In this document: positions 10,060 through 20,000 of the stretch, in pieces
Layout: every line of letters begins with the position of its first letter
How positions within the stretch are numbered: position 1 is the first letter of the stretch
The notes under the pieces: generated by a model
What the model saw: the letters and a program-made list of their open reading frames with translations, nothing else
Told to the model about the DNA's origin: nothing
Databases searched by the model: none
Position numbers and translations under genes: made by a program
IMG/VR virus record: IMGVR_UViG_3300034524_000011
Coordinates: 1 to 64,000 of that record
Origin: a virus
DNA: 64,000 nucleotides
Strand: one strand, 5' to 3'

Positions 10060-11079
10060 ATGAAAGGAACAAGTATATCCAACCTTCAGGTACAGATAGC
10101 AAAAGGCTGGAGACCCAATAATTATTTGACTAACATGAGCATGGCCTTCTTCCAGGAGGAAGGAGACTTTGTGGCAACATCGATATTCCCGATTTGCCCT
10201 GTAGCATTGAGCTCCAGCTATTACTACACATTCAGCAAGGCTGATCTCGCGAGAGACAACGTGCAGAGAAAACCTGCATTTGGAAAGGTTCAGCCTGCAT
10301 TGATGGGGCAGACAGACAACACCTACAAATGCGAAGTGGATCAGGTAATCGTAGGCATCGACCAAATCGACGCATTGAACTACCAGAGAGCAAAAGCACC
10401 TGGCGTAGCAGATCCGAGAAGGGCAAAAGTCAGATTTGTTACAGAACAACTGAAGCTCCACCTGGATATTCTCTTTGCTCGTAACTTCTTCACTCCACTG
10501 GCATGGCAGAATGTATGGACCGGCGTAAACGCCAACCCTGGTGCTAATCAGTTCCTGAAGTTCAACGATGCCAACTTCGATCCCGTTAACTTCTTCGATG
10601 CCAGAATTAAGGACATCAAACAGGCTGGCCGCAGAAGACCTAACAGGCTGGCCCTCGGTATCGACGCATACAATGCATTGAAGAACCATCCAGACATTGT
10701 CGAGAGGGTAAAATACACCGGTAGCACAGCCAACCCTGCAATCGTAACACCTCAAGCGCTTGCAGCAATCTTGCAGATTGAGGAAGTAAAGGTTCTCGAA
10801 AGCACTTACAACGCAGGCGGCATCGGTCAGGAAGACATGCAGTTTGTATGTGCAACCGACGGCGCACTGCTCTGCTATGCAACCGACAATCCTTCCATCG
10901 ATGAGCCCAGCGCAGGATACATCTTCACCTGGGATATGCTCGGAAACGGTCAGTACATCGCAATTGACCAGTACGAAGGAGAAAGAGGCACACATGCAGA
11001 GTTCATCGAAGGCTTGATGGCCACTGACATGAAGAAGACCTGCGACGATCTGGCAATCTACTTTGATCAGTGCGTATAA
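10060..11079 (+). CDS. Major capsid protein
   Basis: 339 aa, position, LTNMSMAF...SIFPICPV pattern of gpE-like capsids. Confidence 0.85.
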   Translation: MKGTSISNLQVQIAKGWRPNNYLTNMSMAFFQEEGDFVATSIFPICPVALSSSYYYTFSKADLARDNVQRKPAFGKVQPALMGQTDNTYKCEVDQVIVGIDQIDALNYQRAKAPGVADPRRAKVRFVTEQLKLHLDILFARNFFTPLAWQNVWTGVNANPGANQFLKFNDANFDPVNFFDARIKDIKQAGRRRPNRLALGIDAYNALKNHPDIVERVKYTGSTANPAIVTPQALAAILQIEEVKVLESTYNAGGIGQEDMQFVCATDGALLCYATDNPSIDEPSAGYIFTWDMLGNGQYIAIDQYEGERGTHAEFIEGLMATDMKKTCDDLAIYFDQCV

Positions 11080-11104
11080 AAGAAAAGAAGGAGGATGGGC
11101 ACAG

Positions 11105-11647
11105 ATGAACGGTAACAGTTACGGTTACATTTGCAAAAAAGCGTGTGTACTTGGAGGCGTCGCCTATTCAGAAGGCGACGCTATTCCAGCTGAAGCCGTT
11201 CTTCCGAGCCGTGAAAAGGTCTTAATCAAGCAAGGGCTTATAGTTCCGGCAGTGAATGTTGACGTGCTACTGGAGGAAAACAAATTTTTAAGAGCGAAGG
11301 TAGCCGAGCTTCAAAAGACCGGCGGAGAAGCCCCAGAATCGCCCAGGAACGACGAAAAAGAGCAAAAGGGTATTATTATACCTATCACTGCAAAAGGCGG
11401 CCTAATTGAGCTGGAAATGACGCCAGAGGATATAGTAAAAGCTATAGCTACCCTGCAGCTTAATGCAGAGGAGGCTGCCAAGGAAGTGGGCGCAATCGAT
11501 AAAGAGGAAATCCTTATACTGATTGATGCGCTTGACTACAGAAAAACGGTCAAGACAGCAATCATGGAAAGGGTAGCCCAAATGGAGACCAGCGGAGAGG
11601 AAGAGCAGGGCGACAACGAGGAGGATAAGGGTCAGGGTGATGCATAA
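11105..11647 (+). CDS. Hypothetical head-associated protein
   Basis: GGAGG RBS, ATG at 11105; follows the capsid gene. Confidence 0.6.
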   Translation: MNGNSYGYICKKACVLGGVAYSEGDAIPAEAVLPSREKVLIKQGLIVPAVNVDVLLEENKFLRAKVAELQKTGGEAPESPRNDEKEQKGIIIPITAKGGLIELEMTPEDIVKAIATLQLNAEEAAKEVGAIDKEEILILIDALDYRKTVKTAIMERVAQMETSGEEEQGDNEEDKGQGDA

Positions 11648-12093
11648 TGGCAGAGAGAAAATACACCTATGACCCAACGAAGATTAAGGAAAAAGGCAAA
11701 GATAGAATGCGCTTTGAGCTTGGCGACACCATGGTAGAGGGAGGAGCCGAAACAGCAGCCCTTTCCGACGAGGAAATCAATGCTGTTTTGGAGATGTACC
11801 CAAACAAGTGGAAAAAAGCAAAGCTGGTGTTACTTGAAAGTATATGTCGGCGATTTTCCTACGAGGTAGATACAGATGTCGGTCCTCTTTCCCTGGGCCT
11901 ACAGGCCCGTGCAGAAGTATGGCGTGAAATGTATAAGGAGCTCAAGGCCGAATTAGGCAATTATTCAGTGCCGAGCGCAAATCCGGCCGCGATAAGCGGA
12001 GACCCATACTTCTACAAAGGAATGATGGATAACCCGACAGCAGGACGAAAGGAAGGTGGGGGATGTGTATCTCAGGCCAGGAAACCTTTATAA
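11647..12093 (+). CDS. Head-tail adaptor/connector
   Basis: RMRFELGDT...LSDEEI motif; position. Confidence 0.7.
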   Translation: MAERKYTYDPTKIKEKGKDRMRFELGDTMVEGGAETAALSDEEINAVLEMYPNKWKKAKLVLLESICRRFSYEVDTDVGPLSLGLQARAEVWREMYKELKAELGNYSVPSANPAAISGDPYFYKGMMDNPTAGRKEGGGCVSQARKPL

Positions 12094-12412
12094 AGACTTT
12101 ATTGTAGAGAAGAAAGACAGGTCCATAAGCTCACGCGGAAGGGCAAAAAGCGGATATAACGACGAGGGAGAGAAAATAAGAGGCGTCCTGGCCGAGGCCA
12201 AACCCCAGGAGAAGGAGAGATGGCGGCAGCTCCAACATCCTATAAGTCACGTAATAGTCCAAAAAGGGAAACCCAAGGCGGCTCCGGAGGACCGCCTGAT
12301 TTTTGGAGATAGAATATTCTTCATCCAGGGAGTAGACGAACCGGGCGCCTTGGGACTTTGGACCATTTACTATGTGGAGGAACGCTTCGATGGCCATGAA
12401 TATCAAGATTAA
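12056..12412 (+). CDS. Head closure/stopper protein
   Basis: Size, position, DRLIFGDRIFFIQGVDEPG. Confidence 0.65.
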   Translation: MGDVYLRPGNLYKDFIVEKKDRSISSRGRAKSGYNDEGEKIRGVLAEAKPQEKERWRQLQHPISHVIVQKGKPKAAPEDRLIFGDRIFFIQGVDEPGALGLWTIYYVEERFDGHEYQD

Positions 12413-12881
12413 GCCCGAGATAGACAAGATCGTGGACCAGATAAACTACGAAGCGAAATCCAGAGCTTTCAGGGCCGCCAATGAGCTCCGAAATGCAGCG
12501 CTTAATGTCCTACGAGGCCAAAGATCAGGTCGCGTTTACAAAAGGCCTTTTTCAAGCAGCAGATATACGGCATCAGCGCCAGGAGAACCACCTGCAGCAA
12601 GGACCGGTAACCTGCGCTTAAGCTGGAAGACAAGGACAGGATCGGAGACAGCAGGCAACAGTCTAACGGTAAGGCCTGCAATTATTACTGACGTGAAATA
12701 TGCCCCAATCCTCGAAAAAGGATTTGACGGCGAAGTTCAGAAGATAAAGAAGCTGAAAAAAGGCGGAACAAAAACCATAGCTTACCATCTCACTATTGAG
12801 CCGCGTCCATTCGAGGAGCCGATAATCGAGGCTGCAAAGCCAAAGATTAAACAGATCTACAGCGAGCCATATCTTAAATAA
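12390..12881 (+). CDS. HK97 gp10-like neck/tail protein
   Basis: ASAPGEPPAARTGNLRLSW, YAPILEKG, IEPRPF motifs. Confidence 0.8.
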   Translation: MAMNIKIKPEIDKIVDQINYEAKSRAFRAANELRNAALNVLRGQRSGRVYKRPFSSSRYTASAPGEPPAARTGNLRLSWKTRTGSETAGNSLTVRPAIITDVKYAPILEKGFDGEVQKIKKLKKGGTKTIAYHLTIEPRPFEEPIIEAAKPKIKQIYSEPYLK

Positions 12882-12901
12882 ACCAGGGAAGGAGGGAAGC
12901 C

Positions 12902-13186
12902 ATGCCGTTAATAATTGACGCCACAAGCAAAGTGTTTGATAAAGCCAGCGTGCACAAAGGAGACTTAATCAGAGCGAAGCATGAGACATGGGATGAACCC
13001 AGGAATGGGATTGTAACAGCGGTGAGCGATAAAAAGCTGACCGTTTTATTTTTGCCAGGCCTGGGGAATGTCACGAACTACTTCACGATACTCGCTTCAG
13101 AAGTAGCTGCCGGGAAATGGACGGTCAAATGGACTACCGACATGGAGACCATCAAAACCGAAGGCACGGCAGGCGATGAACAATGA
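12902..13186 (+). CDS. Hypothetical protein
   Basis: RBS and ORF within the morphogenesis operon. Confidence 0.6.
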   Translation: MPLIIDATSKVFDKASVHKGDLIRAKHETWDEPRNGIVTAVSDKKLTVLFLPGLGNVTNYFTILASEVAAGKWTVKWTTDMETIKTEGTAGDEQ

Positions 13187-14154
13187 CATTGGAAGATTTG
13201 ATCTATAACCGACTTTTAGCCAGCAAAAACCTCACGGACAAGCTGGCCAAGTTCGACAATCTGCCGGCGATTTTCTATCAGGCAGCTCCTGGAGACCAGA
13301 ACGAAGGCTGGAAAGGCAAAAAGCAGTATCCGAGGATTGATTTTGTGGTAGATATGCAGGCCAATCCGGAACGGCAGAGCTCCGGATTAATGACGCTCAA
13401 TATATGGTGCATTGAATCAGGAATCCCTCCGGAAGAAATAGAACCGGAAGTGCGCGCTGCTTTATGCGATGTGTTCATGCAGCCGGCCGAACAGCCTCCG
13501 TATTGCCTGGCCTGGGTAAGATCAGACAGCTTCGAAGTAAGCGCAAACACAATAAAAGGATCCCATGTAAACGGCATAACAGTTCTTTTTGACGTGCTGG
13601 CTTTTCCCTGCCAAGAGACAACAGACCCGGATCCCATCATGGCCATGAGCGAGTTCATCAAGGAATGGGAGCCGGCCGCTGTATTGATAGGGAGAGACAA
13701 GATCCCGGACTATTTCACAGCAGGCAATGACAAGCCTGCTTTTTATTTCAGGCTTGCGACTTTAGAGCTGGCCCAGGAAACAAATACAGTGGCATGGATG
13801 CACGGGACCATAGCTGGACATGTGTTTGCTCCATCCGCAGAAGCAAGGCTGCAATGGCTTAAATACCTCGTAGACACGCTGGCAACCCAGGGAGAGGTTA
13901 CAATGCTGGACACATCTCCCATGTTTATACGAAGCATAAGGGCCGACAGCGCGGCCAATTACCTTATAACAGGACAACTTCGAATAAATGTTCGGTTTGG
14001 CATACTCCGCAGACCGAAATATTCACATGTGCTGGCAAAGACGAATATCCCGCGTGAGAAACTGGAGGAAAAGGTAAATGTCAACGTAGCGCCGCAGCCA
14101 ACTGCAGGATATACGGTCGAATATAAGCTCGCAGGAACAGATTATGAGGAATAG
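13183..14154 (+). CDS. Tail completion/terminator-like protein
   Basis: Position before the sheath gene. Confidence 0.55.
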   Translation: MTLEDLIYNRLLASKNLTDKLAKFDNLPAIFYQAAPGDQNEGWKGKKQYPRIDFVVDMQANPERQSSGLMTLNIWCIESGIPPEEIEPEVRAALCDVFMQPAEQPPYCLAWVRSDSFEVSANTIKGSHVNGITVLFDVLAFPCQETTDPDPIMAMSEFIKEWEPAAVLIGRDKIPDYFTAGNDKPAFYFRLATLELAQETNTVAWMHGTIAGHVFAPSAEARLQWLKYLVDTLATQGEVTMLDTSPMFIRSIRADSAANYLITGQLRINVRFGILRRPKYSHVLAKTNIPREKLEEKVNVNVAPQPTAGYTVEYKLAGTDYEE

Positions 14155-14165
14155 GAGGTTATTCT

Positions 14166-14393
14166 ATGGCTGGCAAAACCGAAAACATCAAGAAGACCAG
14201 CTCCGAGGAGCAGATAATCCAGGAGCCCGAATACACAGCCGAAGAGCTCGCTGCAGCATCAGAAAAGGTATTCGGGAAAAAGGTCTTGCCTGAATGCGTA
14301 ATAGCTGCCTTCCGCGTGGCGGGCATCACAAAGGCCACAAAAACACAGGCAGCAAAAATAGTAAAAGATTTCATGACGAAGGAGGTCAAGTAA
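14166..14393 (+). CDS. Small hypothetical tail protein
   Basis: GGAGG RBS; directly before the sheath gene. Confidence 0.6.
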   Translation: MAGKTENIKKTSSEEQIIQEPEYTAEELAAASEKVFGKKVLPECVIAAFRVAGITKATKTQAAKIVKDFMTKEVK

Positions 14394-14394
14394 C

Positions 14395-15807
14395 ATGGCA
14401 GGAGTTTTCACAATAGGTGAAAAGAAAGTCCGCCCTGGCGTCTATACCAGATATGAGAACGCCGGCGGCGTATCGCTGGCCGGAGCCGTAAACGGTATAG
14501 GCGCAGTAGTTATCAGGGCAAACTGGGGACCGCTCAACAAGCTTGTAGAACTTGACAGCCCCAGCGCGGCAGCTTCCACCTTTGGAACAGAGCTCACCGT
14601 GGATGCAATCACAGAAATGTTCAACGGAGGCTGCAGCAAAGTAAAAGCAGTAAGAGCCGGTACCGGTGGAACAGCCGCAACAATAACCTTGAAAGACAGT
14701 GCTTCAGCTGACGTGGTAAAGATCACCGCAAAATATGTCGGAGACCGTCCGTTCAGCGTAACCATCAGGGATAGCTTACTGAACGATGATAAACGCGAAT
14801 GCATCATCTATTCAGGGACCGCAGAATTTGAAAAGGTGGAGTTTACAAAAGGCTCAACCGGAGCAGGAGAACCTGAAGCTCTCGTGGCAGCATTTGCCAA
14901 CAGCAAGAACTTCACAGCAGAAAAGCTCGCCGATGGAAACAAGTTACTGGCAACAGTAGCACAGGCGGCCATGACACCAGGAACCAATCCGACAGTAACC
15001 AACGCCGAATACAGCGCAGCGCTTAATGTTCTGGAAGCTGGCAAGTGGAACGTGCTGTGCGTAGACACATCAGATACAGCAGTTCATGCACTGGTTCAAT
15101 CATTTATCCAGAGGATCTACCTCGCAGGAGCTACATCGATGGCCTGCATAGCAGAGACAAAGGACGTGGACCTCGACACCAGAATGAACCATGCTGCAGC
15201 TTTCAACGACGAGAAAATAATCTACGTCTTGAACCCGGCATATGACGCCAGTGGCAACCTTTATGACGGATACAAGCTGGCAGCCAGGATCGGTGGCATG
15301 ATAGCAGCCGCAGCTTCCAACACAAGCCTGACCCACACCGTGGTAAACGGCTTTGTTTCTCTTGCAGAGCCGCTGACAAATAGCCAGATTGAGAAGGCAC
15401 TGCAAAAAGGCTGCCTCGTTCTCACAGTTAACGCAAGCGACCAGATCTGGATAGAGAGCGCCATCAACACCCTGGTAACACCAAGCGGCAACCAGGATGA
15501 AGGCTGGAAGAAAATCCGCAGGACCAAGACCAGGTTTGAGCTCATCGAAAGGATCGTAGCAACCACCGATCCATTGATCGGCAAGATAAACAACGACAGT
15601 GACGGAAGAGCAACATTCATAGCTGCGGCCCAGGGAGTAGTTAACGCCATGATCGGCGAGAAGAAACTCCTGGACGGTACCGTTTACGAGGATCCGCTCA
15701 ATCCACCTGCAGGAGACAGCGCATGGTTTGTAATTGCTGTTGACGACATCGACAGCATAGAAAAGGCATATCTGACCTTCAAGTTCAGATTTTCGCCTGA
15801 ATCTTAA
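14395..15807 (+). CDS. Tail sheath protein (XkdK-like)
   Basis: KVRPGVYTRY, NWGP, IESAINTL, WKKIRRTK motifs. Confidence 0.92.
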   Translation: MAGVFTIGEKKVRPGVYTRYENAGGVSLAGAVNGIGAVVIRANWGPLNKLVELDSPSAAASTFGTELTVDAITEMFNGGCSKVKAVRAGTGGTAATITLKDSASADVVKITAKYVGDRPFSVTIRDSLLNDDKRECIIYSGTAEFEKVEFTKGSTGAGEPEALVAAFANSKNFTAEKLADGNKLLATVAQAAMTPGTNPTVTNAEYSAALNVLEAGKWNVLCVDTSDTAVHALVQSFIQRIYLAGATSMACIAETKDVDLDTRMNHAAAFNDEKIIYVLNPAYDASGNLYDGYKLAARIGGMIAAAASNTSLTHTVVNGFVSLAEPLTNSQIEKALQKGCLVLTVNASDQIWIESAINTLVTPSGNQDEGWKKIRRTKTRFELIERIVATTDPLIGKINNDSDGRATFIAAAQGVVNAMIGEKKLLDGTVYEDPLNPPAGDSAWFVIAVDDIDSIEKAYLTFKFRFSPES

Positions 15808-15823
15808 GGAAGGAGGATAAGGT

Positions 15824-16279
15824 ATGTTAAATAACAGAGCACCGATTGACGCCAGGAAAGTATTGACCGGGAAAGATGGCGCACTTTATAACGACGAGGG
15901 CGTCATGCTGGCCACCGTTGAAACATTCCAGACCCAGGTCAATGTGACAAATGCTAAATATCAGCCGCTGGGAGACGCACAAGAGCATGAAGTGTTCCAG
16001 GCCTACGGCGTGACCCTAACCTTCACAGAAGTAGTAATCGCAGACGAGCGCTTCATCCAGGAGCTGTTCGAAGGAATGAAGACCGGAGTAATGCCGGCTT
16101 GGAATTTCCAAGGCGTGGTAAAGGGACGCAACGGAAGCGAACAGCGCATGATTTACAGACAGTGCGTACCAAGCGGCACTATAGATCTGCAGAACCTTTC
16201 CGTGGGAGACACCATCAAGAGAGCTTGGAGCCTCTTTGTCAACGATCCTCCGGAATTGCAGAGCTTGTTAACCGCCTAA
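15824..16279 (+). CDS. Tail tube protein (XkdM-like)
   Basis: 151 aa after sheath; VLTGKDGALY motif. Confidence 0.85.
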   Translation: MLNNRAPIDARKVLTGKDGALYNDEGVMLATVETFQTQVNVTNAKYQPLGDAQEHEVFQAYGVTLTFTEVVIADERFIQELFEGMKTGVMPAWNFQGVVKGRNGSEQRMIYRQCVPSGTIDLQNLSVGDTIKRAWSLFVNDPPELQSLLTA

Positions 16280-16330
16280 TACGCAGCCTAATACGCAATG
16301 GAGGCGTGCAGGCATATAACCAAATATTGA

Positions 16331-16364
16331 TGGCCGTCCTGCACACCAGGGCGGCCAATTTTTT
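16331..16364 (+). terminator. Terminator between tube and chaperone genes
   Basis: 11-bp stem TGGCCGTCCTG/CAGGGCGGCCA followed by ATTTTTT. Confidence 0.65.
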
Positions 16365-16386
16365 AATTTAAGGAGGTTATGAAATC

Positions 16387-16902
16387 ATGGCAAACGATAA
16401 AATCGAAAAAACCAAAATCGAAGAGATCGAGCTTACTGAAGAGGAGAACAAAGGCCAGTTAAGGGCATACGAGGACGATATCCTCAAAGGCTTGTTGGCG
16501 GCCGCAAACTTCAAGGCCGAGGAAGACAATATTCAAACCATCGAGATCGCAAGAAACGGCGTGGTTCTCTTTAAATTCCGCATCCGCCCATTGACCGAGG
16601 AAGAGTACCAGAACTGCAAAGAGAAGTACACGAAATACGTCAGAAACAAGCAACTTGGCATTAAATTCCCTGAATACACCGACACTGTAAGATACAGAAG
16701 TGCCTTGATTTACCAGGCAACCATAGAGGAAGACAGGGCAAAGATCTGGGACAACAAGAGCGCATGGAAAGCCTTAAATGTGCTCAATGGTGTGGACCTT
16801 ATAGACAAGACCCTGCTTGCCGGAGAGAAGGACGCTGTGCTTGAACTTATCGACAAAATCAGCGGTTATTCAGTCACTGCGGAGGAAACAGCAAAAAACT
16901 AA
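16387..16902 (+). CDS. Tail assembly chaperone (XkdN-like); -1 frameshift extension to 17063
   Basis: Between tube and tape measure; ends in slippery AAAAAAC at 16893-16899 with an open -1 frame to TGA 17061-17063. Confidence 0.85.
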   Translation: MANDKIEKTKIEEIELTEEENKGQLRAYEDDILKGLLAAANFKAEEDNIQTIEIARNGVVLFKFRIRPLTEEEYQNCKEKYTKYVRNKQLGIKFPEYTDTVRYRSALIYQATIEEDRAKIWDNKSAWKALNVLNGVDLIDKTLLAGEKDAVLELIDKISGYSVTAEETAKN

Positions 16903-17070
16903 TAAAAGCCGGAGGAATGGCCACTTTACTCCATCACATATTCCAGCGGATGGGCATTCCTCCGGACGAGGTTATGGCCAAACCGCCAGGAGTGAGAGCT
17001 TTCATGTTAGCCTCTATGCGCGTGCAGCTTGAGGAAGAGAATAACGAAGGAGAGGAGGATTGATTGATGG

Positions 17071-20000
17071 ATGGCAGCTGAAACATTTCGCATTGAGATA
17101 CCTATCCACGTCGAGGATAAGACAGATCCTGGCGTCTCCCAGGCAACACGGAAGATAAATAAATTTGACGAGGCCAACCAGAGGACGCAGGAACGGCTAA
17201 ACCAGATGAATAAAACAAAATATCAGGTCGTCCTTGACGCGCTGGATAGGGCGTCAAGCATTGTCGGTAAAGTTTCATCAAAAGCACGCAGCATAGCAGG
17301 TAAGACGTTTAGCTTTACGATGAAAGTAATCGACTTGGCCACGGCGCCATTAAGAGCCTTATGGAATTTCGCGACATCCATACAAGGCGCCATACTCGGC
17401 GCTACCGGTGCATTTGCCGGTATTTATAAACCGATGGAAATAGCCGCAGATTTTGAGCAAACGCAGATTGCATTTGAAACCATGCTAAAAAGCGCCGAGA
17501 AAGCAGAGAAATTCCTGAAGGAAGCGTCAGAATTCGCAAATAAAACACCGTTTGAATTCCCGGAACTGATCAACAGCAGTAAGCTGCTAATGGCCTTCGG
17601 ATTTGAAGCCGATAAGGTGCTGGATATGCTAAAGACCATAGGTGATACTGCCAGCGGCCTGGGAGCTGGATCGGAGGGAATAGACAGAATCACAAGAGCC
17701 CTCGGTCAGATGCGGGCCAAGGGACGAGCACAAACAGAAGAACTCTTGCAGCTCCAGGAACTCGGCGTGCCGGCTAACCAAATCCTGCAGGAAGAGCTCG
17801 GTCTCACCGGAGAGCAGGTAGCAAACATCGGTAAAGAAAGCATAGAAGCATCAAAGGTTATAGAGGCATTGCTGCGAGGAATGGAAAAGCGCTTCGGAGG
17901 CATGATGGACAACCAATCCAGGACGGCCAAAGGTATGATATCAACCCTTAAGGACACTCTCGAAAATTCACTTTTAAGACCATGGGGACAAGGTCTATGG
18001 GAAGGTATAAAGCCGGGACTTGAAAGGATCACAACCTGGATAGATGAGAACCAGGATATCATCGCAGAATGGGGAGAAGCCTGGAAGAAAGCAGGAGCAA
18101 ATATCTCCAAATGGGTAATGGTCAGAGTAGATGGATTGAGAAACAGCATACAGCGTATGGTTAACTCCCAGGAGTGGAAAGACGCCAAAAACTTCGGAGA
18201 AAAGCTGAAGATAGCATGGGATCAGATAATAGCGCAGCCATTCAACGAATGGTGGAATTCAACCGGCAAAGCCTGGCTTGCAGATAAAGCCAGTAAGATA
18301 GGCGAAGGAATAGGAACTGCACTCTCCGCAGGATTACTGACCATACTCGGAATAGACGCAAAAGGCGCTGTAGAGGAAGGGACCAGCATAGGTGCTTCAT
18401 TTGCTGAAGGCTTCAAAAAGGGATTTGATGGGAAGAAGGTAGGAGAGGCACTCCTGAATGCTATAAAGGGAGTATTTAAAGATGCGGCAACGCTACTCCC
18501 AGGAGGAGAGGAAGCAAGCTCAACGTCCTGGCTGTCGGCTGGAGCAATAGTTCTCGCAATGCAAAAGCTCGGAATTTTCAAGCTGTTAGGCAAAGGCGGT
18601 AAAGGATTAATTAACCTCTTTGGCAAAGGCAGTAAAAGCGGAGCACCGGATACAACTGGAATACCATCGGCTTATGGAACAGACACCGTTTATATGACAG
18701 CTTCAATAGTTTATATTTACGGGAAGACAATCCAGGGTCCAGGAGGATCCCCAACAGGTGGCTCGCCGTTAGGAGGATATCCTTCACTGCCAACAGCAGG
18801 AAAAACCCCGTCATTGCCGCCGGCCGGAGGTTCGCCTTTAGCACTTCCGGGAGCTGCAGGAGCAGCGGGTAAAGCATTAAATACAGTGCAGCTGTCCAAC
18901 GGAACTTATGTAGTCACAGGCGGAGCATTAGCAACCGGACTGGCCAAGACTGGCGTAGCGCTTGGCAGCGGAGCAACAACTGCAGGTGGAGCCATAGCAG
19001 CCGGAGCTTCAAGCGTACTGGGAGGCGCTTTCGGTATTGCTGGACTTGGAGCCGGAGCAATAGACATCTACCAGGGCACAAAGAAAACCGGAAAAGAGGC
19101 CAAGGACGAATACTTCCAAGGCGGAACCAAGATAGGTATGGTAGGAGCAGGCGCCGGCATAGGAGCTGCGGTAGGTTCCGTGGTACCGGTAATAGGAACC
19201 GGCGTAGGAGCTCTTGTAGGAGCAGGAATCGGTGGAGTGGCCGCACTTTTCACCGGAGATAAAGCAGGTAAAGCCTTATCGGACGCAACAGACAAAGACG
19301 GAGCTTTATCAAAGTTCTGGGAAAACACAAAGCAATGGGCAAGCAACACATGGGACTCCATCAAGACCGGAGCTTCAAACGCCGGATCCTGGGTGGCCGA
19401 GAAGTGGAACGCGGCTGGAGATTGGATCAGCAACAAATGGAGCAGCTTCAGCGACTGGTTCGACACTTCGGTATGGACCCCGGTAAAAGACGTCGGAATA
19501 TCGGCCATTAACATAGCAGCCGGCGCATGGAGTGAAGTCAGAGACTGGGTAGGAGAGAAATGGATCGATTTCTCCGCATGGTTCGACGAAAGCGTATGGA
19601 CTCCGGTAAAAGACGCGGCGCAAGCTGCAGGTGAATGGGTAAGCCAGAGATGGGATGAAGCCAGGACGTGGATCGGAGACAGATGGTCTGATTTTTCTTC
19701 CTGGTTTGACGAATCCATATGGACCCCAGTAAGCAATGCAGCGCAGGCAGCCGGCCAATGGGTAAGTGACCGCTGGAACGAGGCAAGGACATGGATAGGC
19801 GAACGCTGGTCCGACTTTTCAACATGGTTTGAAGAGAGCATATGGACCCCGGTCAAAACAGGAGCCCAGGCGGCAGGTCAGTGGGTAAGCGAAAGATGGA
19901 GCGAGGCCAAGGCCTGGGTAAGCGAGACATGGGGAACTGTAAGCACCTGGTTTGATGAAACGGTATGGCAGCCGGTAAAAAGCGCAGCACTGACAGCCGG

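Noticed and set aside
10012-10995. Long antisense ORFs (e.g. 327 aa opposite the capsid gene, 262 aa opposite the tape measure)
   Set aside because: Shadow frames of codon-biased sense genes, with no RBS or recognisable motifs
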